A DNA stretch of 63,886 nt, counting the filler, from Reclinomonas americana ATCC 50394 (taxonomy: Eukaryota): assembly GCA_048213135.1 (NCBI GenBank). It is 20 parts of 20 records of this genome, joined end to end, with 100 filler letters (N's around TTAATTAATTAA, not from the genome) between each part and the next. Parts side by side here need not be neighbours in the genome. Positions count along the whole stretch, not along the records: positions 48,529 to 51,515 come from AFZH01024003.1; positions 51,616 to 59,574 come from AFZH01024004.1; positions 59,675 to 61,106 come from AFZH01024006.1; positions 61,207 to 62,579 come from AFZH01024008.1; 16 more parts are not named here. One strand, written 5' to 3'. The notes beneath the pieces are model-generated. The model saw only the letters and a list, made by a program, of their open reading frames with translations, was not told the DNA's origin and did no database searches. The translations under genes were made by a program, and so were the position numbers. Positions 49,403-62,267 of the stretch are shown here, piece after piece. Positions within the stretch are counted from its first letter, which is position 1. The number at the start of each line of letters is the position of its first letter.

Positions 49403-51515
49403 ATGGCTGAGCGTGCAAGACTGGCTGCGGAGGCGGCACGAGAGACCGACGCCGACTGGAAGCGATGGGGTGCGTGCATCTCAATTTCGTTCTTTTGCCT
49501 CACAAACATCGCCCTCACTCGCTCGTTCTCTGTCTTTTCTCCGCGTGCACAGGCCCATATGTGAGCGAGCGACAGTGGGGCACTGTGCGTGAGGATTACT
49601 CGGCGACTGGCGATGCGTGGGGTTGCGTTTTCTTCTTTTCGACCATCGGCTCTCTCTTTTCGCTTTCTGTCTGGCTCACATTTGTTGCGGAAAAGGCTAC
49701 ATTTCGCACGATGCCTCTCGATCGCGTGCGTATCGGTGGGGCGAGGACGGCATCATGGGCTTGTGCGATCGGCAGGTGCGTGTGGTGTTTTGCCGGTCGA
49801 CAAGCACGTGCGCAGTGGAGTAACTCATAGTGTGTGATGCAGGCACGCCTGTGCTTTGCGGTTGCTCTGTGGAACGAGCGCGATCCGATTCTCAAGGTAC
49901 TGCTGCTACTGCTGTTACCGTTGGCGCTGTCGATGCTCACTGCGCGCGCGTGTATGTGTGTCACAGGAGCGATTGTTTGGACTGACTCCACAGTTGCGAT
50001 GTTCCACGCGCCGGATTCTTCCGTCTCATCCGCGTCCCTCACTGTTCACGCGTGCACAGAGATGGGGCTCCGCACGGCGAAGACGTGAAGGAGCTGTACT
50101 ACTATCTCGACTCGACTCCGACCCACAGCTACATGAAGGCGTTGTACAAGGTTTGTGGTTCAATCGTCTGTTGTCTCGTCCACCCGATCGGTGCTCACCC
50201 ACCCCTGCGCAGTACCCGCAAGCTGCGTTCCCGTACCAGCAGCTCATTGATGAGAACCGGCGACGCGGACCGCGGGATCGCGAGTACGAGCTGCTGGACA
50301 CGGGCATCTTTGCCGAGCGGCGCTACTTTGACGTGCAGACCGAGTACGCCAAGGCCGGCGACAACGACATTCTCATTCGTATCACGGTCACCAACTGCGG
50401 GCCGGATGAGGCGCCCATCCACGTGCTGCCGACGCTGTGGGCACGCAACACATGGAGCTGGGGCTCGAGTGGCGAGGGTTCGTGGCCCAAACCACAAATG
50501 GGCATGGCCTGCGAGACGCACCGCAACATTGTGGAGGCCACGCATGAGTCACTCGGGCACTTTTTCTTTGCGGCCTCGCTGCACCCGTGCGGCGACCACC
50601 GAGTGCCACACTTTTTGTGGACGGAGAACGAGACGAACTGCGAGAAGCTGTTTGGTACGACCAACGAGAGTCCCTACACCAAGGACGCATTTCATCGTTA
50701 TGTTATCGACGGCGACGAGGCGGCGGTCAACACCAGCGAGATGCGTGGCACCAAGGTGGCACCGCACTATCGTGTGGTGTTGCCACCGAACGGCGGCAGC
50801 GCGGTCATCAAGGTGCACGCCTCTTTGCTTCTCTCGCTCGTGTGTGTATGTGTTCTCACAAAAAATGCATTCCAGTGCCGCTTGTGGCGTGCCAAAGACT
50901 CCGGTCCTCAGGACTTTGACAGTGCATTCACGGCCGAGAGCTTCGACAGCATGTTTGAGGAGCGCATCTTTGAGGCGGACGAGTTTTTCGAGTGCCGTGT
51001 CGACCCCAACGCGGCGGCCAGTGATGCGACCGCCGACCACAGCGCCGTGTGTGTGGTGTGTATGTGATTGTCGTCGAACAGCTGCGTTTCCGTCGTTTGA
51101 CGTTTCGATCACTGTGCACAGTTGAAGAAACTCTCGGCCGATCAGCGCATTGTGTCGCGCCAGGCACTGGCCGGACTATTGTGGACCAAGCAGTTCTACT
51201 ACTACGTGGTGAAGGAGTGGCTGGAGGGCGATGCCATGCCACCACCAGCTGAGCGGCGTCGTGGGCGAAATTCAGAGTGGACACACTTGGTGCGTGCACC
51301 CGCCGTGAATCATCTGCCAGTTTTTATGCGTAGCTCATCGTTTTGTAGCACTGTCGCGACATTATTTCCATGCCCGACAAGTGGGAGTATCCGTGGCTGG
51401 CCATGGTGTGTTTTCTTGTCAGCGCGCGCACTCGTCAGTTCCGCTTGCTCACTACGTCGTCAGTGGGACTCGAGCTTCCACATGGCCGTGATGGCAGTGG
51501 TGGACCCCGACTTCG
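49403..51515 (+). CDS. GH63/MGH1-like glucosidase (yeast YMR196W-type), 5' part
   Basis: [110 protein letters not shown]. Confidence 0.9.
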
Positions 51516-52605
51516 NNNNNNNNNNNNNNNNNNNNNNNNNNNNNNNNNNNNNNNNNNNNTTAATTAATTAANNNNNNNNNNNNNNNNNNNNNNNNNNNNN
51601 NNNNNNNNNNNNNNNAAATCGCATGTGCGTGCGTGCAATAACTATCTGACAGCTTCACAGGTACGCTTCACACTCTGCGCTGTGACCACCGGCCCCCCCG
51701 CGAGACAGTGACTGCAACGAGAGATAGAGAGAGCGACGGACGAAGCGACCATGTCGACCCACAAAAAGGAGCACTCTCGCTTTCTCTTCTCACGCACACC
51801 CTGGAACTTGTTATTCTCCACCACAAGATAGATCACCATTGTGACATCACCACGCACACGCACTATCGTCACTCAAAACAACAGCAAAGAAGAGAGCTGC
51901 AGTGGGCACACAGGACATGGCCTCGTACCACGACGCACAAGCACGCTCCACGTGCGCGCGGATGTTTGCGGCACATGCACACTACAGCCTCACTCACACA
52001 CAAATAAAGAGAGAGCGAGAGAGCGAGAGAGAGAGTGGCAGATGCACTCGTGCGACCAGAACCTATAAAAAGACGCGTCCCTGCCTGTCACTCACTCAAC
52101 TCACTCGCTTTCTCGCTCTCGACACGCAAACACACTCCTCACACAGACCACAAACACACGCGCGTCCACCACCACAACGCACGCGTGCAAGGAGAGCAGA
52201 GGGGCACGGCGCACATGTGCATGCCGCATGCACCCCACAACTTCTTCACGACTCAACCCAGACTGCGTTCTCTCTCCGCCCCCCTTCTCTCCCCCCTCAC
52301 GACTGTGTGTGCCGAGGGTCCACTGCGCCGCAATCCAAACTCACCATGATTGTACGTGTGCGCCTGCCAAAGCGATAGAAAAAGTGAGAGAATTCACCGT
52401 CCAGGCCGGCCAACGGACAATGATCGCCGTTTTGTCGACGATCAATCAATCATGCACGCCTTCCGCCGCAAGCGCAGTGCGGGCACAGGGCGGACGGCGC
52501 CACTGAGGCTCTTCCAGCCACCACGTTGCGCACCACGACCTCCAATTCTCTCGCACACGCACCTCACTCACTCACAAATCAACAGCGCTCGCCGATGTCG
52601 GTGGA

Positions 52606-54391
52606 GTGCCGGAGGTGGCCCCAGCGTCACAGCCACCATCAGTGTCGTCATCGACCGCGACACCTGCGAGTGGCGTGGGCGACAATGTCGGAGGTGGTGG
52701 AGGAGGCGGAGGAGGAGGAGATCGTGTGGGTAGCGGAGGATCACGCAGCACGTCGGCGTTCCGACTGGCGGCGCGTTCAGCGGGCTCCTCTCGTGGTGGT
52801 GTCAATGGCAGTGTGAGCACCACATCGGCAGCCGTGGCGGCGGGCATGAGAGGCGGTGCCGGTGCACGCGCGTCACTGGCGGTCGGACAGAGCGGAGGGC
52901 GCAGTGGCGGCAATCGGAATGCGCGGACCACGGTGCGCGTGCTCGATGGATTTGTCATGCTGCGAGCGTCGCGAGTCGACGATCCGCTCGACACGGTGGA
53001 GCTGGAGGTGCACGGCGATCGTCCGTACAACTCGGTGGCGGCCGAGGATTTGTGCTTCTATCAGAACCTGACGTACTTGGATGTGAGTGAGAACACGCTG
53101 CCGCTGGAGCCGTTCGCGTTCCTGCCGGCGCTTCGCGAGCTGCACATTCACTGCAACAACATTCATCGCATGCGGCCGGACCCTGCTCTCGGTTTCGCCA
53201 ATCTCGAAATCCTCAATCTGGCCTACAATCAGGTGGACCCACGCGACATTCTCGAGCTGGCCAAGCTGCCGCAGCTGCGCGAATTGGACCTGTCGTGCAA
53301 CAGTCTGCAGGCGTTGCCGTTCGACATGGCGCACTTTCGCAAACTGGAGCGACTGGCGCTGGAGAAGAACCAGCTGGCCGGCGACGCCGTCATGTACGCT
53401 CTGTCACGCATGCCGGCGCTGCGGGAGCTCAACCTCGACTACAACTTTTTCGAGCGCTTCCCTCAGTGTGAGGAGGGCTGCTTCACCGAACTCGAGATCA
53501 TCTCCATGGTCTCCAACGAGCTTGTGTTCCTCGAGGACCTGTGGGCGCTGTGTGAGTGTCCGCAACTCGTCAGCGTCAACGTGGCTGGCAACCCCATTGT
53601 GCAGCGCACGAAAGGTATGTCTCTCCTTCTTTTCAGGTAATATGTGTATGTTTGTGTTTGTGTGTTAATCACTCCTTTCCCTACCCGCACAGAACTGCAT
53701 CCGTTCATCACGGAGATGAGGGATTGTGGCATCGACGTGTTCTACACGGATGCACCGCTGGTGCCGTACGGCGTCTTCTACGCCTCACTAACGCTGTGTG
53801 AAGTCGACGATGCGTGGGAGGCCATTCGCAAGAAGACGGTGCAGCAGAGAAAACGAATCGCACGAGAAAAGGCGCAGCAGGATGGGGCCGCCGCGGCGTC
53901 GAGGTCGCCACCGGTGGTTGCACGTGCGCGCGTCGCTCCACCGCCGCCCGCCACCACAACCGGCGACTTTTTCCTCACGCAGGGTGCTGAATTGCTGGAC
54001 GAACTCACCAGTTTCCAGCAGCTGGTGGAGCCCGATGGTTTGAAGCGACACACTGTTTCGTCGCAGCGCTCATCATGCTCAATGCACGCCCAATTTTGCA
54101 GCGTCAGTGGATGACACGGATGAGTCGCTGGATCGTGTGCATCGCGTCGTGACGGACCCGTTTGCCGAGTTGCGAAGAGTGCTCGACACGCATCAGCCTG
54201 TCGAGCAGGTGGTGGCACCGAAGCGCTCATTCGCACGTGGCACCGCGCTCACTCAAGTTACGTGAATCACTCCCGAAAGCAAAGTCGGTTGCACGCCGAG
54301 AGACTCACCTCTGCTTGTTCCTTCCGGAATCGTGCAGTTACGAGACGAGAGTCGGAGTGCACCAGGCGCGGCACTGGCCGCCATGTATTGA
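52606..54391 (+). CDS. Leucine-rich repeat protein, XRRA1-like (5' end uncertain)
   Basis: VLDGFVML..VDDP..LTYLDVSENTLPLEPFAFLPALRELHI.. followed by about 8 LxxLxLxxN repeats, an LRR cap (NVAGNPIV) and a later FFLTQ motif, as I recall for XRRA1 homologues. Confidence 0.72.
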
Positions 54392-54499
54392 ATGCGTCCC
54401 TCCGGTCGTTGCTGTTAATTTGTTGATTGGAAAAAATGTAGTTGTTAGTAGTAGTCGCTTGTACAACTTCTTGGTAGTAGTACACTGCTGGCACACGGT

Positions 54500-57400
54500 T
54501 TACACGCCACGACTCTTGTCGCCGCCAGCACTGAGGCGTCGGCGTGGCGACGACCGCGATCGCGCTTGTGCAGTCACCGTGGAGGACGATGATGAATTGC
54601 TTGGTGCAGGTCGCGGCGGCCGAATGGGAGGCGAAGGTAACCGACGAGCAGAGTTGGCCGCCGACTGCACTGCCGACTGCGACATTTGGCTCAGAGGCTT
54701 GCTGGGAGGACTCGGCGGCACAGAACTGCGAGTCGACGACGGGGCCAAGTAGCTCGGCAAGCCGCCCAGAGCTGCCGCACACGCGCGCCACGATTCGTCC
54801 GGCTTGTCGTTCTCCGTATCCAAAATGGTCGTCAGCGGCATGGTGGCCGCCAACGCCGCTCCACTGTAGAGACCGTGCGGTCGCTGCTGGGGAAGTCGTC
54901 GTCGCTGCGAGTACGACACGACGGGTCCCTCCTCAGGTGACTCGTTCATCTGCGCCACGAATCAGCAAGAGACACAAGAGCGATGGATTCGTGACACACA
55001 AGTGGAGAAGCGCAACTGCCGACAACTTGAGCTCTGCGATCGCGGGACGACTGCATGCAAGATAACAACAAGAACAATTGAGAAATCTATCACAGGAGGA
55101 GAGCAAGACAACTGCTGCCCACACGCCACCTTTGCGGAGAGGCATTCTTGCTGGACGGGCGCACTCCACCGCGCGACTTGTACACGTCAGGCGACGGCGA
55201 TGCTGGCGAATCACTTCCCGACTCGTCGGTCTCCGGGGCCACGCGGCCGAGATCTGACGACGACTGCGCACCCAGCGGTACCGCTTTGCGCTTTGCCAGC
55301 GGCGGCGCATCGGCCGCGTACACAACACCCGGCACCACGCGATCACCGACCTTTTGGGCTGCCGCCGCAACTGCGGCCGCCGAGTCACGCGCACGCGCAC
55401 TCGTGTTGGAGGCAAGCAGCAGCGACGTGGCGCGTGCAGGAATGGATGCTGGTCGTGACAGCGTGCTCAGTGGTCCACTGCTGGAGCGCTGCAGACGGGT
55501 GGGCGGTGCGGCTGCCACGACGGTCGCGCCCGGCACAACCTTGCTGTCCGCCGGTGCGGGTGCTGGTGACGGACGCCGGCCTTCACTCGTCGGTCGACTG
55601 CCGCCGTACGAAGCAACGCGAGCATCCAACGACCGATTCGCACTCGTCGGCACCGTAGTCACAGCGGCGACAGCGGCGTCCGAACAACCCACGTCATCGT
55701 CGGCCGCGTCCGGCAGCGAGCCGGTGGATCGCACGCGAGACATGCCTCCGCGACGCACGGGGTACTCGGACTCGGCACTCATGGACGGACTCGACGAACC
55801 GATGATAGAAGCAGCTGCGGCGGCCACTGCTGCCACCCGCCGTGGTGACGCTTGTGGAACACCGCTGCTGCTACTGCCACCGCCGACAGCACTCTCGGAT
55901 ACTGTTCGCCTCATCTCCGCGGCCTTGACGGTGCGCGCCACACGCGAGCCACCGAGGCGCTGAGCGGCGGCCTGCTGCAGCGTGGGGACACCGTCCGAGC
56001 TGCCCGAGGCGGGAGACGGCAACGTCAAATTCACACGTCGTCGCGCATCGGCCGATCTGCAGCCGCCGTGTGGCATGAGCAAGAGAGCACACAAGTAACA
56101 AGAAGGGTCGACAGGACACGAACCGCGCGGCAGCCGTCATGGCCACCCGCGGCAGCTTCCGAGGAGCACTGCGAGAGATGCACAACTTGAGTGGAGATAG
56201 CGGGCGGTGACACGGAGACGCGCCGCCATTCAAAGCACCTTCCGTTGGTGCGGAGTCGATTGACAATCCACTTGCGCGCCTCAACCAGACTGGAGAACAC
56301 GTCGCTGCTGCCGAGACCACTGGTGACACCCGTCGGTACCGAGTCTGTCAGGCGCGACAGCGGGTTGAGACCCTCCAGGTCGAGCAGTGCCACAACGATT
56401 GCCTGAATGGACATGGTGCGTGTCACAACGTGAAAGGAATGGGACGGAGAGTTGCATGGTAAAACGCGAGCGCACCTTGCCCACATGCTCAAATGCGCGC
56501 TGGTCGTAGAAAATCGGTGCCGGCTCTTGCCTTACGGGCGACAGATTGCCCCGAGACGAGCCTATGCAAGGAGACATGCAGTGAGTGGACAGAAGAAGAA
56601 GACACACTCACATGATTGCCTTTTTTCCCTACAAACCTGCGCGAGTTGGAACCTCGATTTGTCGCACGTGATGATCGCGCGGGCCGTAATTGTAGTTGAA
56701 CTCTAGCGTGTAGCAATGCGTGATTCCGGTCAGTCGGTAGACTGCCACACGCCCCGCGCCCTCCTTGCTGGCGCCGTCCTTGTCTTTCGACATGTTCTTG
56801 TCGGAGAAGTCGCAGGCCTCGAAATCAAAGAATGGCGAGTTGACGCTAATGAGCTTCGGGTACAGCATGTTCGTCACTTGCTCCTCGGCGTCTTGCTGCT
56901 CGTGCGTGTACAAAGGAGTGGATGAGACACCTCGAGAAGCAGTAATGCGTGAGGGCAAATCCAGCAACACACCAGATTGTTGCCAAACACAAAACAGCCA
57001 GTCTTCGTCGCATGAGCATGGAGGTCCACGTACAGAAACAGTCGCTCGTCAGAACTCAGCTGCCGCAATAGCTGGAACAGTGGATGACGATGAGCAATCG
57101 ACGAAGAACAAGCGATGAGCGAGGGTGGATCTGGTACTCGCCTCACGAATGGCGTATACAGAAGGATGTTCCGCAATCGTCGGTGCATCGTAGTATCGAT
57201 TCAAGTTGCTTCCACGCGTGTCGCTGCGTACACAACTCTCAGCGAACCGTGCATACTCGGCAGTCCACGAATGGAGAGTCACACACGCAAACTCACTCAC
57301 TCTCCCACTCATTGCGCTCACTCACTCACTCACTCACATACTCACTTACTGCACTTACTGCGCTCACTCTTTCTCTCTCTCTCTCTCACCATCGGTAATG

Positions 57401-58863
57401 TCCACGAGCGACGCCGTCGGGATTGATGATTGGAACGAGCATGAATACAAAATTGTCGCGCAGAGCACGAGAGCGTGGATCATCTGCGCGCATCAATGGT
57501 CAGCCTGTCTGCACACAACAGGGCGCCAACAGAGGCAGCAAGTACTCACCCTCGTTGAGCAGCATGTCAATCACTCCGTTGAACATGTGTGACGCGGGCG
57601 TCTCCCCAGGATGCACGCGGGCACTGATGAACACCACGCGCTTGCTTCCCTCGAACTCGAACGCCCGCTCCACCGGCGGATTCTCCGAACTACCAATGCC
57701 CGCTGCACATCGGCGTGGTCAGCCAGCCATACATACTTGCACAACGTGACCATCACTGAAAAGAAAAAGCTCACCAACTTCACGATTCCTTGTTCGTCGA
57801 ATGCCATCGTACGACGAGATGGTGACGAGATCCACGCGCCGACCATCCAGACTCCGCGTCAGCAACTCACGGTGGTAGTAGATGTCCGAGTGCTCACTTT
57901 TCGAGAGTGAGGGAGTGAGTCTTGCGGTGACGTCTGGAGAAGAAGAAACGCATAACACACACCGGAACATGATATCAAAGGCCGACAACTTATGCTGCGT
58001 CTCCTCGTACGAGTACGGAACACAGAAGGCAAAGTAGGTGACGGCAAAGCAGCCGCCCTCACTTCCCAACGGCACGTCCTCGCCACCAGCTGGTCCGCGC
58101 TCGTAGCTGTGCGGTGAATACACGCCACCGCCCTCGGCCACATTGTTCCACGCCTGCCGTCTCAACGTCTTGCGATCCCACGTGCTGGTACACAGCGAAT
58201 CAACAATGAGCAATCTCCGAGAGAGAAGAGCCTTCTCCTTGAGCTCGTGACAAGCGCAACTCGGGTGGTCCACGCGCTCGACATCCGACCTCGGCCGGCG
58301 TCGGCTCACGCTCCAACATGGCCGCCCCACTGATTGTGTGCTCAAAGCGCATGGAGAACTGATTGGTGGGCTTGTCAAAGTCACTGTACACGCGGCCGGG
58401 CACACGACGCCAACCACCATCGTGCGGCACCGTGCGATAGAACGGCCGCATACCGTTCGAGTACATCTTGCTCTGATTGTTGAGATTCATGAGTCGAAAG
58501 GAGAGCGTAACGCCCTCTGGAACGCCGGCCACTCCAAAGTAGAACCACGTGCGATGCGAGGTCTGGAACGCGGTGCCAGCTGCATCGGGACTCGTCCACA
58601 GACAGAACGGCACAGCGCACGAAGAAGAGGAAGCCAGCGGCGGTTCCAGTGCATCGCCGTTCACCACTTGACCAATATCGCGCTCCACTCTACAAGAGCA
58701 CAGCGGTTGGCGGAGTAAGAGACGAGAGAGAGAGAGACCGAGTGTGCGTGTGTGTGCAACGCGCGACCAACCGTTGCAGATTGGCTGAGCAAAAGTCGGC
58801 CACAAAGGTGCACACGAACGGCTCACCCGTGTCTGGGTGATTGCACACAAACGCCTGCCGCAT
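54500..58863 (-). CDS. AGBL5: Cytosolic carboxypeptidase (M14D tubulin deglutamylase), CCP5/AGBL5-like, with long disordered C-tail
   Basis: [103 protein letters not shown] and YTLEFNYN. The Zn ligands and catalytic Glu are present. Confidence 0.9.
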
Positions 58864-58958
58864 GACGAGTGTGCCCTCTCACTCGTTGCCCAATGAGACA
58901 CTTGAATGAGATGTCACCGGAAACGACGGATGTCCCATTGAGTGTCCTGTCGAAGTGA

Positions 58959-59222
58959 ATGCGCTCATGTGCCGCGGTGGCGCTTCTCGTTAGCGCCGCG
59001 TGTTTGTTGCTGAGCGCAATCACATGCGGAGTCATTGTGCGTCTCATTCCCTCCTCTGCCAGTGAGGACGTCTCGTCTGTCGCAGCAGCAGAGGGAGGTT
59101 GGTGCGCAGTGGGTGTTCCACTGCACTGGCCGTGGTGGATGGCGTTCCCGGCAACAGCCATTGTCGGCTTCTTCTTTGTGTATGCCAACTGGCTGGCCTT
59201 TATGCTGTACAGACACAACTAA
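58959..59222 (+). CDS. PIGY: PIG-Y family GPI-GnT subunit (87 aa, 2 TM)
   Basis: Two hydrophobic segments and the family C-terminal FVYANWLAFMLYRHN* motif. Confidence 0.75.
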   Translation: MRSCAAVALLVSAACLLLSAITCGVIVRLIPSSASEDVSSVAAAEGGWCAVGVPLHWPWWMAFPATAIVGFFFVYANWLAFMLYRHN

Positions 59223-59251
59223 CACAACGCGAGAATGAAGAAAAGCATCTT

Positions 59252-59574
59252 TCACAACACCGTTTGCTGCTGTCGTCGTGCGGCAATGAGCACCGCCTCG
59301 GGTCGCACAAACGCACGCAGTACGGTGCTCACCAGTGCGTCCTCGCGAGCGTTGCTGAAGCTCGTGAGTGCATGCAGCGCAGCGTCTACTGCACGCACCT
59401 CGGCCGCCTCTTGTTCCTCTGCGGTTAGTCACCGAGTGAGATCACACACACACACAACACGTTCGCTCCCTTTCCATACTCGTCGTACCAATGTCGACCA
59501 CATGATAAAAGGTGACGGCACCACTGCGATCGCCAGTGGCCAAGTACCCGTCGGTGTCGGCGGCCAGACAGTAA
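59252..59574 (-). CDS. Last two exons of a WD40-type protein
   Basis: YCLAADTDGYLATGDRSGAVTFYHV, intron GTACGA..CTAAC..CAG, then EEQEAAEVRAV..QTVL*. Confidence 0.45.
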
Positions 59575-59758
59575 NNNNNNNNNNNNNNNNNNNNNNNNNN
59601 NNNNNNNNNNNNNNNNNNTTAATTAATTAANNNNNNNNNNNNNNNNNNNNNNNNNNNNNNNNNNNNNNNNNNNNGTGTCGTTCATGTCGCCAGCGCCGTC
59701 CACTTCGTCCTTTCGGAGCGGAGCGCCGGCGGGCGCTCCGTGATGGTCAGGTGCTGCG

Positions 59759-61042
59759 CTAAGGCTTGATGATGCGCAGGGCGTCGGCGAGCAGCTGCTC
59801 GCCGGCCTTGGTCGGGCTGAGCTGCCCGAACGCGACCTTGTCGGCGATCGACCGGAAGGAGCGCTCGTCGAATTCGGAGGTGCCGAGCGGGAAAGGCGGT
59901 GGGTAGGGACCGACCCGACTTTCGATCAGCTTGAGATAGTCGAGGACCTTGCGCTCCAGCGGCTCGATCGTCGGAGCGATCGCCGCCATGACATCCTGGT
60001 TGATCGGGGCGCCGCGCTCGACCCCGAGTACCTTGCCCGCTTCGATGTCGTTGACGAAGAAATCGATGAAGCGGGCGGCCAGCTCGGGCGACTTGGCCGT
60101 GCTCGCGATCGCCCAGTGCAGGCCGGGCCGGTAGAACAGGCCGGACGGGGCGGACTCGTTCAGGACCGGCAGCGCCGTCAGGTCGAGCGGGGATTTGGCG
60201 ACCGCCTGATAGGCGGCCAGGAGGTTGGAGTAGGACAGGGTCATCACGGCATTGCCGCGCGCCATCTGGTTGCTGTCGACATTGGCCTTGTCGAGGGCCT
60301 GGACTTCCGCGCTGGCGCAGCCGCCTGCCTTGGCGAGCGCCTCCCAATAGGCGAACCATTCGGCGCCGTCCTTGGCGTCGAAGCCCGGCCGGCCTTCCGC
60401 GGTGAAGATCAGCTTGCCGCGCTGGAGCAGCCAGGATTGGAAGGTCTGCATGTAGCGCGAGCAGTTGCCGACGGCCCAGACGTTCTTCCTGCCCATCGCC
60501 TTGGTCAGGTCGACGCAGAGCTTGGCGAACTCGTCCCAGGTCGTCTTGGGCTTCGGCGGCGCGATGCCGGTCTCCTTGAACGGCTCGGTATGGTAGAGCA
60601 GCGCGAAGGCATTGAGCGACAGGGGCATGCCCATGACCTTGCCGTCGACCGTGCCGAGCGCCAGCACGCCGGGCGAAAGCCGGTCGGTCCGGATGATCTT
60701 GCCGAGATAGTCGTCGAGCGGCCGCGTCGCGCCGCGGCGGCTGTAGTCGGGGAAGCGGCCGGGCTCGAGCTGGAAGATGTCGGGCGCGTTGCCGCCGGCG
60801 ATCATGGTCGTCAGTTTCGACCAGTAGTCGGCGCCGCCGACCTCGCCATTGATCTTGACGCCCGCATTGGCCGCCTCGAACAGCCGGACGACGCCCAGCG
60901 TCCGCTCCGTGCGGGTGGGGGTGCCCCACCAGTAGAGGCGCATCACCGTTTCAGCGGCCAATGCACGGAAGCCGGCCGACGGAGCGAGGGCCGTCGCGCC
61001 GAGCGCCAGGCCACCGCGCAGCGTATCGCGTCTGCTGAGCAT
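59759..61042 (-). CDS. Bacterial sugar ABC transporter substrate-binding protein (family 1) with Tat signal
   Basis: MLSRRDTLRGG twin-arginine leader; MRLYWWG, YWSKLTTMIAGGNAPDIFQ, GTVDGKVMGMP, AARFIDFFVND..LGVERG. RBS AGGGAGGAG upstream. Confidence 0.93.
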   Translation of the reverse strand: MLSRRDTLRGGLALGATALAPSAGFRALAAETVMRLYWWGTPTRTERTLGVVRLFEAANAGVKINGEVGGADYWSKLTTMIAGGNAPDIFQLEPGRFPDYSRRGATRPLDDYLGKIIRTDRLSPGVLALGTVDGKVMGMPLSLNAFALLYHTEPFKETGIAPPKPKTTWDEFAKLCVDLTKAMGRKNVWAVGNCSRYMQTFQSWLLQRGKLIFTAEGRPGFDAKDGAEWFAYWEALAKAGGCASAEVQALDKANVDSNQMARGNAVMTLSYSNLLAAYQAVAKSPLDLTALPVLNESAPSGLFYRPGLHWAIASTAKSPELAARFIDFFVNDIEAGKVLGVERGAPINQDVMAAIAPTIEPLERKVLDYLKLIESRVGPYPPPFPLGTSEFDERSFRSIADKVAFGQLSPTKAGEQLLADALRIIKP

Positions 61043-61214
61043 CTCTTTCTCCTCCCTGACTATCGTTCTTGTCGTCGTTGACCCCGGTTTTCAGCTGTTC
61101 AGGCGCNNNNNNNNNNNNNNNNNNNNNNNNNNNNNNNNNNNNNNNNNNNNTTAATTAATTAANNNNNNNNNNNNNNNNNNNNNNNNNNNNNNNNNNNNNN
61201 NNNNNNTGGCGGGG

Positions 61215-62267
61215 ATGAGCGAAGACGAGATCCTGGCGCCGACCTTGCGCGATATCGCCGATGCGGCGGGCGTCTCGGTCGCCTCCGTCTCCAAGGTGCT
61301 GAACAATCGCGGCGGTGTCAGCGACGAGAGCCGCCGTCGGATCCTCGGCCTGGCTGAGCAGCTGGGCTACCAGGGCAATCGCAGCGCCCGCTCGCTGCAG
61401 AAGGCCGGCGTCGACGGCGCGGTGTTGATCATCCCGGCCGAGGCCTATTCGAACTCGCAATTTTACGAGGGCGTCGTCCAGAGCATCATCGCGGAAGCCG
61501 CGGCGAACTCGCTGAAGCTCGATGTCCGGCTGACCTCGCATGCCGATGGCCGGGTCATCGCCGAGCTCGACGAATTGCTCGCCGCCCGGCCGGGTGCCGT
61601 CATGGCCGTCGGCATGGACGACCCTGCCGTCATCGACAGGCTCGTCGACTCGAAGCTGCCGGCCGTGCTGGTCAACGGCATGGACCGGACGATGCGGCTC
61701 GATTGCGTCCTGCCCGACAATTGGAGCGCCGGCTGGCTGGCGACTCGCCGGCTGCTCTCGGCTGGACACAGGCGCATCGTGCATGTGGCTTCGCGGCACC
61801 GCCTGTCGATGCAGCGTCGTCTCGAGGGCTTCAAGATGGCGCTGGAGGAGGCCGGGATCGCGTTCGACCCCGACAGGCACCTGATCGACCTGCTCCAGAT
61901 GAAGGTCGAGCTGCCCCAGGCGCAGCGGGCCATCCGGCAGGCCCTTCAGGACGGGCGCCTGGATGGCGTCACAGCGTTCTTCTGCGCGACCGACGTCGTT
62001 GCGCTCAGCGTGATGCAGGGGCTGCAGAGCGAGGGAGTCCGGGTTCCCGACGACGTCTCGGTCATCGGCATCGATGACATCTCGATCGCGACCCACAGCC
62101 GGCCGCCCTTGACCACGATCCGGATCGATCGCGGCGAGCTCGGGCGGCTCGGCGTGCAGTCCCTGATGCGCCGGATCGCCGAGCCCGAGGCCAGCGTGCT
62201 GCGCGTGAATATCGGCGTCAGGCTGATCGAGCGGGCGACCATAGGCCAGCTCTTGCACGGCGGTTAG
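61215..62267 (+). CDS. Bacterial LacI-family transcriptional regulator
   Basis: PTLRDIADAAGVSVASVSKVLN HTH, GHRRI, and VPDDVSVIGIDD..PPLTTI. Confidence 0.95.
   Translation: MSEDEILAPTLRDIADAAGVSVASVSKVLNNRGGVSDESRRRILGLAEQLGYQGNRSARSLQKAGVDGAVLIIPAEAYSNSQFYEGVVQSIIAEAAANSLKLDVRLTSHADGRVIAELDELLAARPGAVMAVGMDDPAVIDRLVDSKLPAVLVNGMDRTMRLDCVLPDNWSAGWLATRRLLSAGHRRIVHVASRHRLSMQRRLEGFKMALEEAGIAFDPDRHLIDLLQMKVELPQAQRAIRQALQDGRLDGVTAFFCATDVVALSVMQGLQSEGVRVPDDVSVIGIDDISIATHSRPPLTTIRIDRGELGRLGVQSLMRRIAEPEASVLRVNIGVRLIERATIGQLLHGG

Noticed and set aside
58956..58958. TGA reassigned to Trp or Sec (alternative genetic code)
   Set aside because: TGA ends Arp1, WDR44-like and DCAF8-like at their expected C-termini, and conserved Trp residues use TGG.
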